Of a DNA stretch of 15,114 nt, positions 9,980-15,114 are shown piece by piece (position 1 is the first letter of the stretch; every line of letters begins with the position of its first letter). Location: the NCBI RefSeq assembly GCF_005869855.1, contig NZ_SZNH01000014.1, positions 34,439 through 49,552 of the forward strand, read 5' to 3'. The notes beneath the pieces were generated by a model. That model was not told where the DNA came from, did not search any database, and worked only from the letters and a program-made list of their open reading frames with translations. Source of the stretch: Nostoc sp. PA-18-2419. GTDB taxonomy: Bacteria > Cyanobacteriota > Cyanobacteriia > Cyanobacteriales > Nostocaceae. The translations under genes and the position numbers were made by a program.

Positions 9980-11077
9980 TTAGGCAACAAAGTCTAAAGA
10001 GGCAAACACGTTCGTAGTATCTTGCACAACAGCAATTAGGTCACCATATCTGTAGATCAAGGTATCTAAGGCTGCACTACCGCTGAAATTCGAGGTTTTT
10101 TGGAGAGTGTAATCACTAATACTACCGCCAACTCTAATCTTGTCACCTTCCGACCATTTAAAGTCTGTAATGATGGCATATCCACTGCCCAAATAGTCGA
10201 TGTTAGTAAAAGACCCGTTGTAACCAAGGCTAAATGTATCTGCCCCAGCACCGCCAGTATACCTGTCGATTTCGCCACTACTACCACCGTAGCCACTGAA
10301 GAAATCATTGCCTGCACCACCAATCATTGTGTCATTTCCATGTCCCCCGTACAGCAGATCGTTACCATCTTCACCACTTAGGTAGTCATTTGCAGGGGTG
10401 CTGCTACCATTGGTAATTTCGTCACCGAAGAGTATATCACCACCTGTCCCACCATAAAGTGAGTCATTACCAGCCCCACCGATGAGATTATCAACGCCAT
10501 CACCACCATAGATATAATCGTTTCCGCCCTTACCTTGGAGGTAATCATTTCCTCCCAAACCACTCAGATAGTTTGAGTAATCATTTCCTGTAATCTCATT
10601 GTTGAGGGTGTTGCCGAAGCCATAGTAAGCAGTATCTGCATATAGTAATGTCAAATTTTCTAGGTTAGCCCCGAGAATATAGCTAGTATAAGATAAAACC
10701 GTGTCAGTACCTTGGTTACTAAATTCAGTAATAGTATCTGCTGTATCTCCTGTCAATGCAGAAATGAGGTAGGTATCATTGCCTGTTCCTCCCAATAAAG
10801 TATCAGTGCCTCCTCCACCCCAGATAAAGTCATCACCAGCTTCACCAAAAATAACATCATTGCCGTTGTCTCCGAAAAGGTAATCTTTGCCTGCGCGGCC
10901 GAGGATGGTATCGCCGCCCTCACCACCATAAACATAGTCATCTCCCTCTCCAGCATCGATAATGTCACCTCCGCCTCGGCCATAAATAATATCGTTGCCT
11001 GCATAGCCAAAAATGGAGATATCAGCGGATTCAGTACCGTTTAAGTTGTCATTACCAGAAGTGCCATAAATAGCCAT
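9980..11077 (-). CDS. RTX / hemolysin-type calcium-binding repeat protein, likely a type I secretion substrate
   Basis: 365-aa ORF. About 19 GGxGxDxUx nonapeptides (e.g. GGAGNDSLYGGTGGDILFG) fall in two blocks separated by an ENLTL-type spacer. There is no N-terminal signal peptide, and the non-repeat C-terminal ~70 aa is compatible with a T1SS signal region. An AAGAGGA Shine-Dalgarno sequence lies 10 nt upstream of the ATG. Confidence 0.9.
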   Translation of the reverse strand: MAIYGTSGNDNLNGTESADISIFGYAGNDIIYGRGGGDIIDAGEGDDYVYGGEGGDTILGRAGKDYLFGDNGNDVIFGEAGDDFIWGGGGTDTLLGGTGNDTYLISALTGDTADTITEFSNQGTDTVLSYTSYILGANLENLTLLYADTAYYGFGNTLNNEITGNDYSNYLSGLGGNDYLQGKGGNDYIYGGDGVDNLIGGAGNDSLYGGTGGDILFGDEITNGSSTPANDYLSGEDGNDLLYGGHGNDTMIGGAGNDFFSGYGGSSGEIDRYTGGAGADTFSLGYNGSFTNIDYLGSGYAIITDFKWSEGDKIRVGGSISDYTLQKTSNFSGSAALDTLIYRYGDLIAVVQDTTNVFASLDFVA

Positions 11078-11180
11078 AATATTGATGTCCTCTTACAATT
11101 TTTTTAAGACTGGCGCCAAGTGTCATATTTTTTTAGTCGGGAGTGGAGCTAAAAACTCCGCTCTAGACCGCATAACACAA

Positions 11181-11208
11181 GATATATGTAATATTCCCGA
11201 CATATATC
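11181..11208. promoter_or_regulatory. Inverted repeat GATATATG-N12-CATATATC in the divergent RTX/modBC intergenic region
   Basis: Perfect 8-bp arms read directly. The TATAT-containing half-sites are loosely reminiscent of ModE-type operators, but the spacing differs from the proteobacterial consensus. Confidence 0.25.
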
Positions 11209-11279
11209 CCAATAAGGATATTCTGTTTTTCGGATTTCCTTAATTTCCTTCATTGTTTGTGATGTAATTTACCAAGTCG

Positions 11280-11307
11280 TACCAACTTTTTGAAATTAAA
11301 GTTGGTA
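11280..11307. promoter_or_regulatory. Perfect 10-bp inverted repeat TACCAACTTT-N8-AAAGTTGGTA, ending 39 nt upstream of the modBC start
   Basis: Read directly. It could be a protein operator or a 5'-UTR stem-loop. Confidence 0.3.
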
Positions 11308-11346
11308 AATTAGGGATTAGTTGAGCTAATTTCTCCTGACGCAACT

Positions 11347-13167
11347 ATGCCATTGGATTTATCGCCCCTTTGGATATCACTTAAAACTTCATTACTTGCT
11401 ACATTTATTACTTTCTTCTTAGGCATTGCTGCTGCCTACTGGATGCTAAGATACCGTGGCAAAGGGAAATCGTTGATTGAGGGTATCTTTATTGCTCCTC
11501 TAATTTTACCGCCGACAGTTGTAGGTTTCTTATTGCTGCTATTTTTTGGTAAAAATGGCCCTGTAGGGAAATTCATGCAGACTTTTGACTTCTCTATTGT
11601 CTTTACTTGGTACGGTGCAGCGATCGCCGCCACAGTCGTTTCTTTTCCTTTAATGTATAAAACAGCACTAGGAGCATTTGAACAAATAGATAGAAATCTG
11701 CTGCGAGTAGCCAGAACCCTTGGTGCAAGAGAAGCTACAATCTTTTGGCGTATTAGTTTACCCCTAGCACTACCTGGTATTTTAGCTGCCACAACTCTGG
11801 CCTTTGCCCGTGCTTTGGGAGAATTCGGGGCGACATTGATGCTGGCTGGTAATATTCCTGGACAAACGCAGACAATCCCAATGGCGATTTACTTTGCTGT
11901 GGAAGCGGGAGCAATGGATGAAGCGTGGTTTTGGGCGCTCGCAATTATGGTGATTTCTCTATCTGGAATTATTGGAGTTAACTTCTGGCAAGAAGTGAGG
12001 GAGAAGAGGAGAGCAGGGAGCATACAGCAGGGGGCAGGGGGCAGGGAGCAGGGGGCAGAGGGAGAAATTTTTTATCGGCCGGACTCTAATTTTGAGTTGC
12101 GTGGATTGTTTGTAGACATTGAAAAAATACTTCCTAGCTTTGATTTGAAAGTTAGTTTTACTACTAATGACCAGCCTTTGGGGTTATTGGGTAGTTCGGG
12201 GGCGGGTAAGAGCATGATTTTGCGCTGCATTGCGGGGATAGAAACGCCGACAAGAGGGCGCATAGTTTTAAATGGCAGAGTGTTGTTTGACTCGGAAAAA
12301 GGAATTAATCTACCCAGTCGCGATCGCCGCATCGGTTTTTTAGTGCAGAATTACGCTCTGTTTCCCCACATGAGTGTGGCGCAAAACATCGCTTTTGGTT
12401 TGCCCAAAGGATTATCACCAGGGAGTATTAAGGTACAGATAGAAGGACTATTATTAAATATGCAGTTGCAGGGATTAGGCGATCGCTATCCGCACCAGCT
12501 TTCTGGAGGCCAACAACAACGGGTAGCTTTGGCAAGAGCATTAGCCAGTCAACCGGAAGCATTGCTTTTGGATGAACCTTTTTCTGCACTCGATACCCAT
12601 CTGCGTAGTCAATTAGAGCAGCAAATGATAGAAACTCTAATAGATTACCAAGGTGTGACTTTATTTGTCACTCATAATATGGAAGAGGCTTATCGACTTT
12701 GCCCGAATTTATTGGTACTGGAGCATGGTAGAGTCGTTCATCATGGTAGCAAATACGATATTTTTGAGCGTCCTACCACTGTGGGTGTTGCCCAAATCAC
12801 TGGGTGCAAAAACTTTTCTCAGATTATTCTTCAGTCACCGCAACAAGTGGAAGCAATTGATTGGGGTTGTACTCTCCGAGTCGTGGAAGCAATGAACAGC
12901 GAATTGTCTCATATTGGTATTCGTGCCCATCAAATTCTTTTTACCAATGACTCATCCCCTGAAAACACCTTTCCCTGTTGGATAGCACAGACGAGTGAAA
13001 CGCCCCATCGAATGACACTATTTGTCAAACTACATTCTGCTGCCAATAATTCTCAAGATTACCATTTGCAAGCTGAAGTTTTTAAAGAAAAATGGGCGAG
13101 TATCAAAGACCAACCTTTTCCTTGGTATGTGCGTTTAGATCCCTTGCGCTTGATTTTGATGGAATAG
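11347..13167 (+). CDS. modBC: Molybdate ABC transporter, fused permease-ATPase (ModB-ModC) with C-terminal TOBE/Mop-like domain
   Basis: 606-aa ORF. Residues 1-215 are ModB-like, with the EAA loop EQIDRNLLRVARTLGAREATIFWRISLPLALPG. Residues ~250-606 are ModC-like: Walker A GSSGAGKS, signature LSGGQQQR, Walker B LLLDEPFSALD and the H-loop THN, followed by a ~120-aa C-terminal regulatory-type domain. Fused modBC is known in Anabaena/Nostoc. Confidence 0.92.
   Translation: MPLDLSPLWISLKTSLLATFITFFLGIAAAYWMLRYRGKGKSLIEGIFIAPLILPPTVVGFLLLLFFGKNGPVGKFMQTFDFSIVFTWYGAAIAATVVSFPLMYKTALGAFEQIDRNLLRVARTLGAREATIFWRISLPLALPGILAATTLAFARALGEFGATLMLAGNIPGQTQTIPMAIYFAVEAGAMDEAWFWALAIMVISLSGIIGVNFWQEVREKRRAGSIQQGAGGREQGAEGEIFYRPDSNFELRGLFVDIEKILPSFDLKVSFTTNDQPLGLLGSSGAGKSMILRCIAGIETPTRGRIVLNGRVLFDSEKGINLPSRDRRIGFLVQNYALFPHMSVAQNIAFGLPKGLSPGSIKVQIEGLLLNMQLQGLGDRYPHQLSGGQQQRVALARALASQPEALLLDEPFSALDTHLRSQLEQQMIETLIDYQGVTLFVTHNMEEAYRLCPNLLVLEHGRVVHHGSKYDIFERPTTVGVAQITGCKNFSQIILQSPQQVEAIDWGCTLRVVEAMNSELSHIGIRAHQILFTNDSSPENTFPCWIAQTSETPHRMTLFVKLHSAANNSQDYHLQAEVFKEKWASIKDQPFPWYVRLDPLRLILME
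12013..12061. repeat. Seven tandem heptamers (GCAGGGA GCATACA GCAGGGG GCAGGGG GCAGGGA GCAGGGG GCAGAGG) inside the modBC coding sequence
   Basis: Read directly. The tract encodes the low-complexity stretch AGSIQQGAGGREQGAEG between the ModB and ModC domains. Confidence 0.8.
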
Positions 13168-13226
13168 AACGCACAGATGTAAGTAGGTCGGTGTAAATTA
13201 ATTATTGTTGGGATAAGGCAGTTTTT

Positions 13227-13247
13227 GCTGGGGCAGGGAGCAGGGGA
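13227..13247. repeat. Three heptamers of the same family (GCTGGGG GCAGGGA GCAGGGG) downstream of modBC
   Basis: Read directly. The 17-mer GGGGCAGGGAGCAGGGG is shared with the intragenic tract at 12037..12053. Confidence 0.6.
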
Positions 13248-13424
13248 AAAGGAGACGACTGGTATCACAGATGCTATCACAACGTGAGCAAGTCTCCCCT
13301 GACTGTTGCTGTTCTTGAGTTGACTCTACAATGTCTCTATTTGTAGCAAAGCCGTTGAGGATTAATCCCCGAATAATTGATACCTCTTTGTCTAAGTTTC
13401 GCGCATAATTTTCATATTTTGTAG

Positions 13425-14288
13425 TTGCCTCCTTCAAATTGTAACGTTTCAAACTTGAGTTCTGAGATGATCGTCGGCGATGCCGAGCGCTTACAGCAAG
13501 TCCTATATAATCTTTTATCGAATGCGATCAAATTTACGCCCGAAGGTGGACGAGTCGAAGTTAGGCTCATGTCTGACAGAACTCACGCTCAAATTCAAGT
13601 CAGTGATACAGGACAAGGAATTTCGGCAGACTTGTTGCCGTATATTTTTGAGCGATTTCGTCAAGGAGATTCCAGCACCACGAAAGCGAAGCCAGGGCTG
13701 GGACTGGGGCTATCGATCGCGCAGTATCTGGTTGAACTGCATGGTGGCACAGTTCAGGCAGAGAGTCCGGGTTCAGGACAAGGAGCAACGTTCACCGTCA
13801 GGCTGCCAAAAAGGGATCTACAAGGGGAGTTTACACTGTCGAGCGATTTAAAGCCTACTGCGTTAGAAGTCGCCCCAGATCCTTCGAGCGATGCTGTCCC
13901 CTCATTGTCGGGTTTACAGATTTTAGTGGTTGACGATCAAGCCGATGCCCGTGACATAGTTAAATTTGTGCTGGAAGACTACGGGGCCCAAGTGCTGAGT
14001 GTGGCATCTGCAAGAGTTGTGCTAGCGGTTCTAAGTAAAAACCCCAGTTGGTTTAATGTGCTAATTTGCGATCTGGGAATGCCGGAGGAAGATGGCTACT
14101 GGTTGATTCGGCAAGTGCGATCGCTGAGTGCAGAAGCCGGAGGGCAAATTCCAGCCATTGTGCTGACTGCCTATGCAAGTGAGTCACAACAACTGAGCAT
14201 TGAGGCTGGGTTTCAAATGCACGTTGCTAAACCTGTCGAGCCAGATCAATTAGCGTTGTTCGTTGCAAACCTAGCAGGACGAGCTTAG
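13425..14288 (+). pseudogene. 5'-truncated hybrid sensor histidine kinase remnant (HATPase_c plus receiver domain, no HisKA or sensor part)
   Basis: The N-box is NLLSNAIKFT, G1 is DTGQGI, F is FERFRQ and G2 is GLGLGLSI. An intact REC domain follows (VVDD, CDLGMP, LTAY, AKP). The reading frame opens immediately after a TAG at 13422..13424, and the first ATG is at 13467. No H-box or dimerisation domain is visible in any upstream frame. Confidence 0.75.
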
Positions 14289-14460
14289 AAAATTAGCGTT
14301 TATCTTAATAGCACTGGTTTAAATCTACACATTCATCAAATCATCCAAGATTTATCGTTTTACTTCTCCATTGATAAATCAAAGGGCTTATACCTTTCTT
14401 TGAATTACGAATTAGTAATTATTTGCTCACTGACTTTAAAATATCGTAAACGGTTTTTAC

Positions 14461-14497
14461 TTCAAGCGCCCAGACCCAAAGAGCCTCGGCGCTTGAA
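14461..14497 (-). terminator. Stem-loop 38 nt downstream of the Met/Cys-rich gene, a possible terminator or stabiliser
   Basis: TTCAAGCGCC (14461..14470) pairs with GGCGCTTGAA (14488..14497). This gives a perfect 10-bp stem with a 17-nt loop that can pair further. No clean U-tract follows on either strand. Confidence 0.3.
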
Positions 14498-14534
14498 TAT
14501 TAGGTTGCAGACAAACTTCTGCGAAGTGGGAGAA

Positions 14535-14906
14535 TTATGCAGGCATCATGTGCATAGATCTGCAAGTTTCTGCACATTTGCGGCAAGCAGCAGCACATTC
14601 CATCATTTTGGCATCGTCGCTCATCATTTCACAAGCCATAGCACAGCGATCGCACATTTCTGCACACAGCATACAAGTACGTCCCATGAACTCAGAACCG
14701 CCCATCATCATGTTCATACACATCATGCACATTTCTGCACAATCGCGCATCATCGTCATCATGCTCATCATGCTATTGTCCATCTGCTTACCACCTTTGC
14801 TCATGCAGTAAGTCATAGTTTCCATGCACATTTTGTGACACTCCATACAAGCTTCCATACAAGCTTGCATTTCGGAAGTCATGGTTTCAGCCATCATCAT
14901 CATCAT
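14535..14906 (-). CDS. Cys- and Met-rich four-helix-bundle metal-binding protein, DUF326 / Csp3 (cytosolic copper storage protein)-like
   Basis: 123-aa ORF. The 17 Cys residues sit at i, i+4, i+7, i+11 spacing in four blocks (16/20/23/27/34, 56/60/63, 78/81/85/88/92, 104/108/111/115), as in Csp3/YhjQ-type proteins. There are 38 Met. The segment GSEFMGRTCMLCAEMCDRCAMAC resembles my recollection of the Bacillus YhjQ helix, unverified. An AGAGG Shine-Dalgarno sequence lies 8 nt upstream of the first ATG. There is no signal peptide. Confidence 0.85.
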   Translation of the reverse strand: MMMMMAETMTSEMQACMEACMECHKMCMETMTYCMSKGGKQMDNSMMSMMTMMRDCAEMCMMCMNMMMGGSEFMGRTCMLCAEMCDRCAMACEMMSDDAKMMECAAACRKCAETCRSMHMMPA

Positions 14907-14954
14907 TGGAAATACCTCTTGATTTATTGATGCATTAATGCTGTCCTTTTCAGG

Positions 14955-14993
14955 ACTACTTCTAACAGTAGTTCTATATTTTTAAGGAGTCAA
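14955..14993 (-). promoter_or_regulatory. Candidate sigma70-type promoter of the Met/Cys-rich gene with an overlapping palindrome
   Basis: On the minus strand, TTGACT (14993..14988) is followed by a 17-nt spacer and then TACTGT (14970..14965). The inverted repeat ACTACT-N6-AGTAGT (14955..14972) overlaps the -10 element. This is sequence-pattern evidence only. Confidence 0.25.
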
Positions 14994-15114
14994 TGGGATA
15001 TTTTATCGACAATTTATAAGCCTCCTATTCCGATATAATTACCGGGAATTTAGATTAATTCTACAAATATTTAGTGTTGTTTTTCTGAAAATTCATATAT
15101 ATTAAGGCTTAAAT

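Noticed and set aside
10066-11010. Four ORFs of 61-93 aa in other frames or on the other strand inside the RTX gene (10066..10323, 10100..10381, 10378..10563, 10753..11010).
   Set aside because: These are by-products of the repetitive GGT/GAT/GGC-rich codon content, which leaves alternative frames open. Their products are low-complexity, and the RTX frame explains the whole region.
11259-11272. A GTG-N8-TAC sequence resembling an NtcA box (GTA-N8-TAC) upstream of modBC.
   Set aside because: It is an imperfect match. I could not find a convincing -10 hexamer at the required ~22-nt distance. It is worth checking only if modBC proves nitrogen-regulated.
13198-13452. An 84-aa minus-strand ORF between modBC and the kinase remnant.
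   Set aside because: It starts at a TTG and its C-terminal third is encoded by the heptamer repeat tract. It overlaps the start of the kinase reading frame, and I recognise no family. It may be a remnant of whatever rearranged this junction, but I cannot support it as a gene.
14400-14930. A 176-aa His-rich ORF on the plus strand (including HHHHH), and a third 87-aa ORF at 14548..14811, both overlapping the Met/Cys-rich gene.
   Set aside because: They are mirror artefacts. ATG reads CAT (His) on the opposite strand, and TGC/TGT read GCA/ACA, so a Met/Cys-rich gene keeps the antisense frame free of stops. The minus strand carries the DUF326-type Cys heptad spacing and an AGAGG ribosome-binding site 8 nt before its ATG. 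The plus-strand ORF starts at a TTG with no such signals. Strand-specific RNA-seq would settle it.

Overview
This 15.1 kb window is chromosomal DNA from a filamentous, heterocyst-forming cyanobacterium (Nostocales-like). The assignment rests on 14 perfect copies of the HIP1 octamer GCGATCGC, at least six tracts of tandem 7-bp STRR-type repeats, and a fused modBC gene. I support 11 intact protein genes and one truncated gene: fmt; a small Cys-cluster hypothetical protein; a phytoene-desaturase-like FAD oxidoreductase; a class I SAM methyltransferase; a degenerate MBL-fold protein; a same-strand sulfur-amino-acid trio (YbdL/KAT-type aminotransferase, cystathionine beta-synthase with Bateman module, cystathionine gamma-lyase/synthase-family enzyme); an RTX-type Ca-binding repeat protein; the molybdate transporter fusion ModBC; a 5'-truncated hybrid histidine-kinase remnant (HATPase plus receiver only); and a 123-aa protein that is 31% Met and 14% Cys with the Cys spacing of DUF326/Csp3 copper-storage four-helix bundles. 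I found no rRNA, tRNA, CRISPR array, transposase or integrase. The most unusual object is the Met/Cys-rich Csp3-like gene at 14535..14906. Its predicted core positions are Cys in the middle and Met at both ends of every helix, and a candidate promoter with an overlapping operator-like palindrome lies upstream. Secondary items are the reverse-transsulfuration gene pair in a 5.5 kb HIP1-free block, a modBC inter-domain linker encoded by heptamer repeats, two perfect palindromes upstream of modBC, and the GC-rich kinase remnant. All functional calls come from motif recognition by eye. No database search was run.
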